A stretch of DNA of 64,000 bases from Malacoraja senta (GCA_038087875.1 JAXLNO010000511.1:248001-312000); one strand, 5' to 3'. Shown: positions 25,601-38,805, counted from the first letter of the stretch. Numbers and translations: made by a program. The notes: generated by a model not told the origin, from the letters alone.

Positions 25601-27414
25601 TTGAAATTTCGCAGCTTTTCACATTCTGAAATTTCGCCGCTTTTCATGTTCTGAAATTTCGTCGCTTGATGCGTCCTGATGTTTCGTCATTTTATGCGTC
25701 CTGATGTTTCAATGCCTTCCGCATGCTGAATTTTCGTCGCTTTTCGTGTGCTGAAATGTTGGCGCTTTTCGTGTGCTGAAATGTCGTCGCTTTTCATGTT
25801 CTGAAATTCCGTCGCTTTATGCGTCCTGTAATTTTCGTCGCGTTTCGCATGCTGAATTTTAGTCGCTTTTCGCATGGTGAAATGTTGTCGCTTTTCATGT
25901 TCTGAAATTCCGTCGCTTTATGCGTCCAGGAATTTCGTCGCGTGTTGCGTGCTGAATTTTAGTCGCTTTTTGCATCCTGAAATTTCATTGCTTATCGCAT
26001 GGTGAATTTTAGTCGCTTTTCACGTCCTGAAATTTCATCGCTTATCGCATGGTGAATTTTTGTCGCTTTTATTATGCTGAAATTTCGTCGCTTTTCACGT
26101 ACTGAAATTTAGTCACTTTTCGCGTGCTGAATTTTCCTCACTTTTCGCGTGCTTAATTTTCGTCGCTTTTCATTTTCTGAAATTTCGCCTCTTTTTGTGT
26201 GCTGAATTTTCGGCGCTTTTTGTGTGCTGATATTTCATCGCTTTTCACGTCCTGAAATTTCGTCACTTTTGGCGTGCTGAATTTTTGTCGCTTTTCGCGT
26301 GCTGAATTTTCGTCACCTTTCACGGGCTGAATTATCGTCGCTTTTTGTGTCCTGAAGGTTCGTCACCTTTCATGTCCTGAAATTTCGTCGCCTTTCACGT
26401 CCTTAAATTTCGTTGCTTTATTCGTCCTGATATTACTTTGCTTTTTGTGTGCTGAATTTTGGTTGCTTTTTGCATGCTTCCTTTTCATCGCTTTTCATAT
26501 CCTGAAGGTTCCTCTTTTTTCGCGTGCTGAATTTTCGTCGTTTTTCACATGCTGAATTTTCGTCGCTTTTCGCATGCTGAATTTTCGTTGCTTTATGTGT
26601 CCTGATGTTTCAGCGTTTTATTCGTCCTGATGTTTCGTTGCTTTTCACATGCTGAAAATTCGTCTCTTTTAAAGTTCTGAAATTTTGAAGCTTTATGCGT
26701 CCTGATATTTCCTCCCTTTATACGTCCTGATGTTTCGTCGCTTTTCGCATGCTGAATTTTCTTTGCTTTTTGTGTGCTGAAATTTCGGCGCTTTTCGTGT
26801 GCTAACATTTCGTCGCTTTTCACGTCCTGAAATTTCGTCACAAGTGGCGTGCTGAATTTTCGTCATATTTCACGTTTTGAAGGATTGTCGCTTTTCACAT
26901 CCTGCAGGATCATTGCTTTTATCGTGCTGAATTTTCATTGCTTTTCGCATGCTATATTTTTGTCGCATTTGACGTCCTGAAATGTCGTCACTTTTGGCGT
27001 GCTGAATTTTTGTCGCTTTTCGCGTGCTGAATTTTCATCACTTTTCACGTGCTGAATTATCGTCGCTTTTCGCGTCCTGAAGGTTCGTCACTTTTAGTAT
27101 GCTGAAATTTCGACGCTTTTCACGCACTGAAATTTCATCACTTTTAGCGCGCTGAATTTTCGTCGGTTTTTGTGTGCTAATATTTCGTCGCTTTCCACGT
27201 CCTGAAATTTCGTCACTTTTGGCGTGCTGAATTTTTGTTGCTTTTCAAGTCCTGAAGGATCGTTGCTTTTCGCTTGCTGAAATTTCTTCGCTTTTCGCTT
27301 GGTGAATTTTCGTCGCTTTTGGTATGCTGAAATTTCGTCGCTTTTCACGTCCTGAAATGTCATCACTTTTCGCGTGCTGAATTTTCGTCGTTTTCCGCGT
27401 GCTTAATTTTCGTC
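10626..27414 (+). repeat. 25-bp satellite array, subfamily A, with higher-order duplications
   Basis: Identical or near-identical spurious ORFs at offsets 884 (10927/11811), 1784 (16737/18521) and 1734 (17383/19117). Diagnostic variants TTATTCGTCCTGATATTACG and GAAGGTTCCTCTC. Confidence 0.97.
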
Positions 27415-30400
27415 GCATGCAAAAAGTGATGAAAATTCAGCACACGAAAAGCGACGTAAATTCAGGACGCGAAAAGCGACGAAACTTCAGGATGTGAAAA
27501 TCGATGAAAATGAAGCACGGGAAAAGCAACGAATATTTAGCATGGCAAAAGCGACGAACCTTCATTATGCGAAAAGTGATGAAAATGAAGCACGCGAGAA
27601 GTGATGAAAATGAAGCTCGCGAAAAGCATGGAAATTCAGCACACGAAAAGCGAAGTAAATTCAGGACACGATAAGCGACGAAACTTCAGGACGTGAAAAG
27701 TGATGAAAATGAAGCACAGTAAATGCGATGAAAATTCAGATTGTGAAAAGCAACAAAAATTCAGCACGCGAAAAGCGACGAATATTCAGCATGCAAAAAG
27801 TGAAAATACAGCACGTGAAAAGTGACGAACGTTCAGGATGCGAAAGCGATGAAAATGAAGCACGGGAAAGTGACGAAAATTTAGAATGCTAAAAGCGCCG
27901 AACTTTCAGCATGCGAAAAGTGATGAAAATGAAGCACGCAGAAAGCGACGAAAATTCAGCACACGAAAAGCTACGTAAATTCAGGACGCGAAAAGCGACG
28001 AAATTTCAGGATGCGAAAAGTTATGAAAATGAAGCTAGGGAAAAGCTATGAAAATTTAGCATGGTAAAAGCAAAGAACCAGTATGCGAAAAGTAATGAAA
28101 ATGAAGCACGCGAAAAGCGATGAAAATGAAGCACGTGAAAGGCGACGAAAATTCAGCATGCATAAAGTGACAAAAATTCAGCACGTGAAAAGTGACGAAC
28201 CTTCAGGATGCAAAAAGCGATGAAATTGAAGCACAGGAAAATCGACGAAATATCAGCCTGCGCAAAGTGATAAAAATTCAGCACATGAAAAGTGAAGAGC
28301 TTTCAGGACACGAAAATCGACGAAAATATAGCACGCGAAAAGTGAGGAAAATTCAGCAGGCGAAATGCAACGAATATTCAGGATGCGAAAAGCAACAAAA
28401 ATTCAGCACGCAAAAAGCGACGAAAATTCAGCATGCAAAAAGTGATGAAATTTCAGAACGTGAAAAGCGACGAAAATTCAGCACGCGAAAAGTGACGAAA
28501 ATTTGGCATGCGAAAATCTACAACAATACAGCATTCAAAAATCGATGAAAATTCAGCACACAAAAATCAATGTAAATTCAGGACGCGAAAAGCAACAAAA
28601 CATCGGGACGCATAAAGCGACGCAAATCTCAGCACGTGCAAAGCGACAAAATTTCAGCACATGAAAAGCGACGAAATTTCAGCCAGCGAAAGGTGATGAA
28701 AATTCAGCACGTCAAATATGAACCTTCAGCACGTGAAAAGCTACGATAATTCAGCATGCGAAAAGTGATGAAATTTCAGAACGAGAAAAGCGACAAAAAT
28801 TCAACCCGCGAAAAGCGCCGAAAATTCAGCATGCGAAAATCGACGAACATTCAGCATGTAAAAAGCGACGAACCTTCAGGATGCGAAAAGCGATGAAAAT
28901 GAAGCATGGGAAAAGCGACAAAAACTTAGCATGCTAAAAACGACGAACCTTCAGTATGCGAAAAGTAATGAAAATGAAGCACACGAAAAGTGATGAAAAT
29001 GAAGCATGTGAAAGGCGACGAAAATTCAGCAATCGAAAAGTGACAAAAATTAAGCATTCGAAAAGTGATGAACCTTCAGGACGCGAAAAGCGATGAAAAT
29101 GAAGCACGGGGAAATCAACGAAAAATCTGCCTGTGCAAATCGATAAAAAATTCAGCACATGAGAAGTGACGAGCTTTCAGCACGCGAAAAGTGACGAGAA
29201 TTCAACATGCAAAAATCTACAAAAATACAGCATGCAAAAAGCGATGAAAATTCAGCACACAAAAAGCGACGTAAATTCAGGACATGGAAAGCAACAAAAC
29301 ATCGGGACACATAAAGCGACGAAAATCTCAGCACGTGCAAAGCGACAATATTTAAGTACATGAAAAGCGACGAAAATTCAGCCAGCGAAAAGCGATGAGA
29401 ATTCAGCACGTCAAAAATGATGAACCTTCAGCACGTGAAAAGCGACGAAAACTCAGCCTGCGAGAAGTGATGAAAATTCAGCAGGACAAAAGTGATGAAC
29501 CAGGACGCGAAAAGCGACGTAAATTCAGCACGCGAAAAGTAAGAAAATTTCAGAAAGAGAAAATCGACGAAAATTCTGCACGGCAAAAGCGACGACAATT
29601 CAGCATGCGAAAAGCGACAAAAAATCATCATGCGAAAAGCGACGAAAATTCAGCATGCTAAAAGTGACGAAATTTCAGAATGTGAAAAGCGACGAAAATT
29701 CAGCACACAAAAAGCGACGTAAATTCAGGACGCGAAAGTTGACGAAACTTCAGCATGCGAAAAGCGACAAACCTTCAGGACACGAAAAGCGATGAAAATG
29801 AAGCACAGGAAAATCGACGAAAATTCAGCCTGCGCAAAGCGATAAAAATTCAACACATGAAAAGTGACGAGCTTTCAGCACGCAAAAAGTGACGAAAATT
29901 CAGCATGCGAAAATCTACAAAAATACAGCATTCAAAAAGCGATGAAAATTCAGCACACAAAAAGCAACGTAAATTCAGGACATGAAAAGCAACAAAACAT
30001 CGGGACACGTAAAGTGAAGAAAATTTCAGCACGTGCAAAGCGACAAAATTTAAGTACATGTAAAGCGACGAAAATTCAGCACGTCAAAAATTATGAACCT
30101 TCAGCACGTGAAAAGCGACGAAAACTCAGCCTGCGAAAAGTGATGAAAACTCAGCACGACAAAAGTGATGAACCAGGACGTGAAAAGCGACTTAAATTCA
30201 GCAGGCGAAAAGTAAGCAAATTTCAGAAAGAGAAAAGCGACGAAAATTCAACACAGGAAAAGCGACGACAATTTAGCATGCGAAAAGCAACAAAAATTCA
30301 GCACGCGAAAAGCAATGAAAATTCAACACGCGAAAAGTGACGAAATTTCAGAATGTGAAAAGCGACGAAAATTTAGCACACGAAAAGCGACGTAAATTCA

Positions 30401-33400
30401 GCACGCGAAAATTGACGAAACTTAAGCATGTGAAAAGTGACGAACCTTCAGGATGCGAAAAGTGATAAAAAATGAAGCACGCGAAGTGAGGAAAATTCAG
30501 CAGGCGAAATGCGACGAATCTTCACGATGCGAAAAGCGACAAAAATTCAGCACGCAAAAAGTGACAAAACTTCAGAACATGAAAAGCCAAGAAAATTCAG
30601 CACATGAAATGTGATGAAAATTCAGCAAGCGAAAATCTACAAAACATCGGGACACATAAAGCGACGATAATTTCAGCACTTGCAAAGCGACAAAATTTCA
30701 GCACATGAAAAGTGATGAACCTTGAGGATGCGTAAAGCGATGAAATTATAGCATGGGAAAAGCGACGAAAATTCAGCTTGCGAAAAGCGACGAAATTTCA
30801 GAACGTGAAAAGTGAAAAAAAATCAGCACGCAAAAAGCGACGAATATTCAGCATGTGAAAAGTGACGAAAATACAGTACGTGAAAAACGATGAAAACTCA
30901 GCCTGCGAAAATCGACAAAAATTCAGTACACGAAAAGTGACGAAAATTCAGCACGCGAAAAGTGACGAACCTTGAGGACGCGAAAAGCGATAAAAAAATA
31001 CAGCACGTTAAAAGTGACGAAAATTCAGCATGCAAAAATCGATGAAAATTCTGCATGCGAAAAGTGACGAACCTTCAGGACGCGAAAATCAATGAAAATG
31101 AAGCACGGGAAAAGCGATGAAAATTCAGCCTGCGAAAAGTGACAAAAATTCAGCACGCGAAAAGCGACGAAAATTCAGTACACGGAAAGTGACAAAATTT
31201 CAGAAGAAATTTCAGGACGAGAAAGCGACGAAACTTCAGCATGCGAAAAGCGACGAACCTTCAGGAAGCGAAAAGTGATTAAAAATGATGCACGGGAAAG
31301 GTGATGAAAATGAAGCACGCGAAAGGCGATGAAAATTCAGCATGCGAAAAGTGACGAAATTTCAGAACGTGAAAAGTGACGAAATTTCAACACGGAAAAA
31401 GCGATGAAAATTCAGCTTGCGAAAAGCTACGAAATTTCAGAATGTGAAAAGCGACGAAAATTCAGCACGCGAAAAGTGACGAAATTTCAAAACATGAAAA
31501 GCGACGAAAATACAGCACGTTAAAAAGTGACGAAAATTCTGCATGCAAAAATCGATGAAAATTCTGCATGCGAAAAGTGACGAACCTTCAGGACGCGAAA
31601 AGCGATGAATATGAAGCACTGGAAAAGCGACGAAAATTCAGCATGCGAAAAGCGATGAACCAGTAGGCGAAAAGTGATGAAAATGAAACGCGAAAAGTGA
31701 CGAAACTTCAGCATGCGAAAAGCTACGAACCTTCAGGACGCGAAAAGTGATGAAAATTAAGCACGCGAAAGGCGATGAAAATGAAGCTCGTGAAAGACGA
31801 TGAAAATGAAGCACGCGAAAGGCGATGAAAATGAAGTATGCGAAAAGCGCCGTAAATTCAGGACACGAAAAGCGACGAACCTTCAGGATGTGAAAGTGAT
31901 GAAAATGAAGCACGTGAAAAGTGATGAAAATGAAGTACGCGAAAAGCGACGTAAATTCAGGACGCGAGAAGCGACAAAACTTCAGGACGCGCAAAGAGAT
32001 GAAAATGAAGCACGCGAAAGGCGATGAAAATGAAGCACGGGAAAGGTGACAAAAATTCAGCCTGCGTAAAGTGACAAAAATTCAGCACGCGAAAAGTGAT
32101 GAACCTTCAGGATGTGAAAAGCGATGAAATTGAAGCACGGGAAAATCGACGAAATATCAGCCTGCGCAAAGCGATAAAAATTCAGGACACGAAAATCGAC
32201 GAAAATTCAGCACGCGAAAAGTGAGGAAAATTCAGCAGGCGAAATGCAACGAATCTTCAGGATGCGAAAAGCGACGAAAATTCAACACGCGAAAAGTGAC
32301 AAAAATTCAGCACGCAAAAAGCAACGAAAATTCAGCATGCAAAAAGTGATGACATTTCAGACCGTGAAAAGCGACGACAATTCAGCACGTGAAAAGTGAA
32401 GAAAATTTTGCATGCGAAAATCTACAAAAATACAGCATTCAAAATGCGATGAAAATTCTGCACACAAAAATCAATGTAAATTCAGGACGTGAAAAGCAAT
32501 AAAACATCGGGACACATAAAGCGACGCAAATCTCAGCACGTGCAAAGCGACAAAATTTCAGCACATGAAAAGCGACGAAAATTCAGCCAGCGAAAGGCGA
32601 TGAAAATTCAGCATGTCAAAAATGATGAACCTTCAGCACGCGAAAAGTGACGAAATTTCAGAAAGAGAAAAGCGAAAAAAATTCAGCACGCTAAAAGCGA
32701 CGAAAATTCAGCATGTGAAAATCGACGAATATTCAGCATGTAAAAAGCGACGAACCTTCAGGATGTGAAAAGCGATGAAAATGAAGCACACGAAAAGTGA
32801 TGAAAATGAAGCATGTGAAAGGCGACGAAAATTCAGCATGCAAAAAAGTGACAAAAATTCAGCACGCGAAAAGTGATGAACCTTTAGGACGCGAAAAGCG
32901 ATGAAAATGAAGCACGGGAAAATCGACGAAAAATCAGCCTGCGCAGAGCGATAAAAATTCAGCACATGAAAAGTGACGAGCTTTCAGGATGCGAAAAGTG
33001 ACGAAAATTCAGCATGCGAAAATCTACAAAAATACAGCATGCAAAAAACGATGAAAATTCAGCGCACAAAAAGCGACGTAAATTGAGCATGTGAAAAGCG
33101 ACGAACCCTCATGATGCAAAAAGCGATGACAATGAAGTACAGGAAAAGCGACGAAAATTTACCATGCTAATAGCAACGAACCCAGTATGCGAAAAGAGAT
33201 GAAAATGAAGCACGCTAAAATCGACGAAAATTCAGCACATGAAAAGCGAGGTAAATTGAGGACGCGAAAAGCAACAAAATGTCGGGACACATAAAGTGAC
33301 GAAAATCTCAGCACATGCAGTGCGACAACATTTCAGCACATGAACAGCGAGGAAAATTCAGCCAGCGACGAAAATTCAGCACGCGAAAAGCGACAAAAAT

Positions 33401-34566
33401 TCAGCATGTGAAAAGCGACGAACCCTCGTGATGCAAAAAGCGATGACAATGAACTACAGGATAAGCGACGAAAATTTACCATGCTAAAAGCAACGAACCC
33501 AGTATGCGAAAAGTGATGAAAATGAAGCACGCGAAAAGCAACGAAAATTCAGCACACGAAAAGTGACGTAAATTCAGGTCGCGAAAAGTGACAAAAATAC
33601 AACACGTGAAAAGCGACAAAAACTCAGCCTGCGAAAAGCGACAAAAATTCAGCACGCGAAAAGCGACGAAAATTCAGCATGCGAATAGTGACGAAATTTC
33701 AGAACGTCAAAAGCGACGAAAATTCAGCACACGAAAAGCGACGTAAATTCAGGACGCGAAAATTTATGGAACTTCAGCATGAGAAAAGCGACGAACCTTC
33801 AGGATGCGAAAAGTGATAAAAAATGAAGCACGCAAAAGGCGATGAAAATGAAGTACGCGAAAGGCGATGAAAAGTCAGCACGCGAAAAGTGACGAACCTT
33901 CAGGACGTGAAAAGCGATGAAAATTAAGCACGGGAAAAGCGACGAAAATTCAGCATGCGAAAAGCGACGAAAATTCAGCACACGAAAAGTGACTAAATTT
34001 CAGAACGTGAAAATCGACGAAAATTCAGCATGCGAAAAGTGACGAAACTTCAGCATGCGGAAAGTGACGAACCTTCAGGTCGCGAAAAGGGATGAATATT
34101 CAGCAAGCGAAAAGTGGCGAAATTTCAGAACGAGACAAACGACGAAAATTCAGCCGCGAAAAGTGACAAAAATACAGCACGCGAAAAACGCCGAAAACTC
34201 AGCCTGCAAAAAGTGACAAAAATTCTGCACGCGAAAAGTGATGAACCTTCAGGACGCGAAAAGCGATGAAAATGAAGCACGAGAAAATCGACGAAAAATC
34301 AGCTTGCGCAAAGCGATAAAAATTCAGCACGAGAAAAGTGACGAACTTTCATCACGCGAAAAGTGACGAAAATTCAGCATGCGAAAATCTACAAAAATAC
34401 AGCAGGCAAAAAGCGATGAAAATTCAGCACACAAAAAGCGACGTAAATTCAGGACGTGAAAAGCAACAAAACATCGGGACACATAAAGCGCCGAAAATCT
34501 CAGCACGTGCAAAGCGACAAAATTTCAGTACATGAAAAGCGACGAAAATTCAGCCAGCGAAAAGCG
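27415..34566 (-). repeat. Inverted block of the 25-bp satellite (A-rich on the + strand), subfamily B
   Basis: Abrupt switch to GAAAATTCAGCACGCGAAAAGCGAC at 27415-27421 and back at 34567. Confidence 0.97.
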
Positions 34567-36720
34567 TCGCTTTGCGCAGGCTGATATTTTGTCGATTTTC
34601 CCGTGCTTCATTTTCATCACTTTTCACGTCCTGAAGTTTCGTCGCTTATTGTGTCCTGAATTTACTTCGCTTTTCGTGTGCTGAATTTCCATCGTTTTTC
34701 GCGAGCTTCATTTTTATCACTTTTCGCGTGCTGAAGGTTTGTCACTTTTCGCGTGCTGAATTTTTGTCACTTTTCGAATGCCGAATTTTCATTGCCTTTC
34801 GCGTGCTTCATTTTCATTGCCTTTCGCATGCTTCATTTTCATCACTTTTCACGTCCTGAAGTTTCGTCGCTTATCGTGTCCTGAATTTACTTCGCTTTTC
34901 GTGTGCTGAATTTCCATCGCTTTTCGCGAACTTCATTTTCATCACTTTTCGCGTGCTTCATTTTCATCACTTTTCGCTTACTGAAGGTTCTTCGCTTTTA
35001 CCATGCTAAATTTTCGTCGCTTTTCCCGTGCTTCATTTTCATCGCTTTTCGCATCCTGAAGTTTCGTCGCTTTTCGCGTCCTGAATATACGTCGCTTTCC
35101 GTGTGCTGAATTTTCATCACATTTTGCGTGCTTCATTTTGTCACTTTTCGCATACCGAAGGTTCTTCAGTTTTAGTATGCTAAATTTTCGTTGCTTTTCC
35201 CGTGCTTCATTTTCATCGCTTTCGCATCCTGAGGGTTCGTCGCTTTTCGCATGCTGAATTTTTTGTGTCCTGAGAGCTCGTCACTTTTCATGTGCTGAAT
35301 TTTTATCGCTTTGCGCAGGCAGATTTTTCGTCGATTTTTGTGTGCTGAAGGTTCATCATTTTTGACGTGCTGAATTTTCATCACTTTTCGCTGGCTAAAT
35401 TTTCGTCGCTTGTCATGTACTTAAATTTTGTCGCTTTGCACGTGCTGAGATTTTCTTCGCTTTACGTGTCCCGATGTTTTGTTGCTTTTCATGTCCTGAA
35501 TTTACGTCGCTTTTCGTGTGCTGAATTTTCATCGCTTTTTGCATGCTGTATTTCTGTAGATTTTCGCATGCTGAATTTTCGTCACTTTTCGCCTGCTGAA
35601 AGCTCGTCACTTTTCATGTGCTGAATTTTTATCGCTTTGCGCAGGCTGATTTTTCGTCGATTTTCCCATGCTTCATTTTCATCGCTTTTCGCGTCCTGAA
35701 GGTTCATCACTTTTCGCGTGCTGAATTTTTGTCACTTTTTGCAAGCTGAATTTTCGTCGCCTTTCCATGCTTCATTTTCATCACTTTTCGTGTGCTTCAT
35801 TTTCATCACTTTTCGCGTCCTGAAGGTTCGTCGCTTTTCGCATGCTGAAGTTTTGTCAATTTTCGCGTCCTGAATTAATGTCACTTTTCGTGTGCTGAAT
35901 TTTCGTTGCTTTTCATATTCTGAAAATTCGTCACTTTTCGCCTGCTGAATTTTCGTCACTTTTCGCGTGCTGAATTTTTGTCGCTTTTCGCGTGCTGAAT
36001 TGTCGTCACTTTTCCCGTGCTGAATTTTCGTCACTTTTTGCGTGCTTCATTTTCATTACTTTTTGCATACTGGTTCTTTGCTTTTACCATGATAAATGTT
36101 CGTAGCGTTTCCCTAGCTTTCCTGTGCTGAATACTTTTCGCATGCTGAATTTTTGTCACTTTTCGAATGCTTAATTTTAATCGCCTTTCGCGTGCTTCAT
36201 TTTCATTGCCTTTCGCGTGCTTCATTTTCATCACTTTTCACTTCCTGAAGTTTCGTCGCTTATCGTGTCCTGAATTTACTTCGCTTTTCGTGTGCTGAAT
36301 TTCTGTCGCTTTTCGCGAGCTTCATTTTCATCGCTTTTCGCATCCTGAAGTTTCGTCGCTTTTCGCGTCCTGAATTTACGTCGCTTTTAGCATGCCAAAT
36401 TTTCGATGCTTTTCCCGTGCTTCATTTTCATCGCGTTCGCATCCTGAAGGTTCGTCGCTTTTCACGTGCTGTATTTTTGTCACTTTTCGCATGCTGAATA
36501 CTCGTCGCTTTTCACATGCTGAATTTTCATCACATTTCGCGTGCTTCATTTTCATCACTTTTTGTGTGCTGAATTTTCGGCGCTTTTCGCGTGTTTCATT
36601 TTCATCACTTTTCGCATAGTGAAAGTCCGTCGCTTTTAGCAAGCTAAATTTTCATCGCTTTTCTCGTGCTTCATTTTCATCGCTTTCGTATCCTGAAGGT
36701 TCGTCGCTTTTCGCGTGCTG
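34567..36720 (+). repeat. 25-bp satellite array, T-rich orientation, subfamily B
   Basis: Same monomer; rich in the GCTTCATTTTCATC variant. Segments are reverse complements of parts of 27421-34566. Confidence 0.96.
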
Positions 36721-37010
36721 TACCAGACCTCGACTCGACTAAACCCCACGTCACTGAAACCAACATCGCGCCCGCCTCCAATAACCAACAGCTGCCTCGT
36801 CCTCGCTCCCGCTATTTATAGACTCGGCCATTGGCGGGGGGCGGGGCTTGAGTCAACGTCAACGCTTGTGCGCCCCTCTCCTCCCCCCTCCCCTTCCCCA
36901 CCTCCACCGGCTCTCTCGGGCAGTGCGCCTGCGCCGCTCTCCGCGCTCGGCCCCGCCCCTCGGTTGGCGGAGCAGGGGCTATGAATAGAGGGTCCTCTCC
37001 GGGGCCTGGG
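36721..37010. promoter_or_regulatory. GC/CpG-rich Pol II promoter-like segment
   Basis: TGACGTGG on minus (36746-36753), CCAAT (36778; minus 36830), CTATTTATAG TATA/MEF2-like (36812-36821), GC boxes (36838-36847, 36950-36959), AP-1 TGAGTCA (36849-36855), NRF1-like TGCGCCTGCGC (36924-36934). Confidence 0.6.
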
Positions 37011-37174
37011 AATGGGGAAGATGCTGCTGCTCCTTCATCTCCTCATCAGAACATCACAACCACCAGGAATCGGTGTCAGTGAGGAGTGGATCACTGGCAG
37101 TAATATTGATCTGGGAGGCCATTTAGACCATCTCCCTCATCTTTCTTTTTGTCTGTCTCCATCTGACAACTTTC

Positions 37175-37264
37175 CCCAGCTTTGAGGAAAGAATATTAAC
37201 CTGAAACATTCACCCAGTTTCTCCCTCTACAGATGCTGCCTGTGTTGCTGATTATCTTCAACAA
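37175..37264 (+). mobile_element. Degenerate Penelope-like terminal repeat fragment
   Basis: CCTGAAACATT...TTTCTCCCTCTACAGATGCTGCC...GCTGA resembles the better copy at 38731-38790. Confidence 0.45.
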
Positions 37265-37984
37265 CGTACTATTTTTTTCCATTCGTGGTTTTGCAGCAGC
37301 CACTGGGTGCTGCTCGCCTGCTCCTGAATTCAGTATGCAGGAAGCCCATGATAGTCACTGTCTTCATTGCCACTAATGTAGACACAGATGCCTGTTGGCA
37401 GGAAGCTGCAATCTTGAATATTGACAGGCACCATTTTGGGTCTGGACCTTTCAGGCAGATCATGCCTGACCTGCACTTTAAATGCAGTTTCCTCTCTTAC
37501 TGTGATATGGTTTATTACTTCTTAGAATCAATTATATGTTGATCTTGCTCAAATGCAATTAAAAGCTTTTTTTTAACCCTTAAAAAATATTCTGAGTGAA
37601 GAAATATCTAATTTCTATCCTGAAGAAGTTACCCTTTATTTTAAGTTGTTGATACTTTATCCTAAAATTGTCTTGTATTAAATAAACAATTGATATTTTA
37701 AAATCTGTTTTGGAATTAATATCTGATGATTACACATTATGCACCAGAGAGTATCAGGTACAATGTTTGGTTTTCCAGGATGCTGACAAGTTCGAAGACT
37801 GGCTGCCAGGATATTCTGCTATCATCACTTCTTCAAGCTCATAGTTGAGCCGCCAGGGAGAAATCTGCACTGTCAGCACTGCTTACGGCAAATGTGAACT
37901 GCATAAAGAAGCCTGTGATCACCACAACTCCCCCTTCAAAGATCACAGGACTAAGTTGTTGAGACAAGCCTGAGATCACCAGCA

Positions 37985-38212
37985 TCTTGCCTTACAGCGC
38001 CAGAGACCCAGGTTCGATCCCGAATATGTGTGCTTGTCTGTACGGAGTTTGTACCTTCTTCTCGTGACCTGTGTGTGTTTTCCCTGAGATCTTCGGTTTC
38101 CTCCCACACCAAAGAGGTACAGTTTGCAGGTTAATTGGCTTCGTATAAGTGTAAATTGTCCCCAGTGTGTGTAGGATAGTTTCCACGCTGTATCTCTAAC
38201 CTAAACTGAAAA
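37985..38212 (+). mobile_element. tRNA-derived V-SINE (HE1-like), 5'-truncated
   Basis: B box GGTTCGATCC at 38011-38020; V-domain-like GGAGTTTG...CGGTTTCCTCCCAC; LINE-type tail GCTGTATCTCTAA. Family assignment is from recall. Confidence 0.75.
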
Positions 38213-38282
38213 ACTACACACTTTCCTTGTGCCCTCAACCTCCCAAAGTGCAACACCTCACACTTGCTCAGTTTAAACTCTG

Positions 38283-38805
38283 TCCAAGAAGTCGTTCCAG
38301 GTGCGACAGAGGTTCACCTGCATCTCCTCCAACCTCATCTATTGCATCCGCTGCTTTAGATGTCAGCTGATCTACATCGATGAGACCAAGTGTAGGCTTG
38401 GCAATCGCTTCGCCGAACACCTCCGCTCGGTCCGCATTAACCAACCTAATCTCTCGGTGGCTCAGCGGTTCAACTCCCCCATCCATTCTGAATCCGACCT
38501 TTCTGTCCTGGACCTCCTCCATGGCCAGAGTGAGGACCACCAGAAATTGGAACAGCACCTCATATTTTGCTTGGGCAGTTTGTACCCCAGCGGCATGAAC
38601 ATTGAGTTCTCCAATTTCGGGTAGCCCTTACTGTCTCCTCTCCTTCTCAGCTCACCCTCAGTCCTCTGACTCCTCCTCTTCCTTTCTTCTTCCTGCCCCC
38701 TCCCTACATCAGTCTGAAGTAGGGTTTCGGCCTGAAACGTTGCCTATTTCTTTCACTCCATAGATGTCGCCGCACTCGCTGAGTTTCTCCAATATTTTTA
38801 TCTAC
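38283..38805 (+). mobile_element. Penelope-like element 3' fragment: GIY-YIG endonuclease remnant and terminal repeat
   Basis: ORF 38301-38624 reads FTCISSNLIYCIRCFRCQLIYIDETKCRLGNRFAEH...GMN (GIY-YIG with the PLE Cys linker; YIG changed to YID), followed by a pyrimidine-rich tract and a hammerhead-like motif. Confidence 0.85.
38711..38745 (+). ncRNA. Degenerate minimal hammerhead ribozyme motif of the Penelope terminal repeat
   Basis: CTGAAGT (CUGANGA with one change), stem AGG/CCT, then GAAAC-GTT. Stem I is weak. Confidence 0.45.

Noticed and set aside
10627..27414. Many E2F-like (TTTTCGCG) and E-box (CACGTG) sites in the satellite
   Set aside because: An unavoidable consequence of the monomer sequence; no evidence of function, and probable methylation argues against binding.
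36715..37542. ORFs of 89, 64 and 85 aa in the island as a host gene
   Set aside because: Low-complexity or repeat-derived, with no recognisable domain or exon structure.
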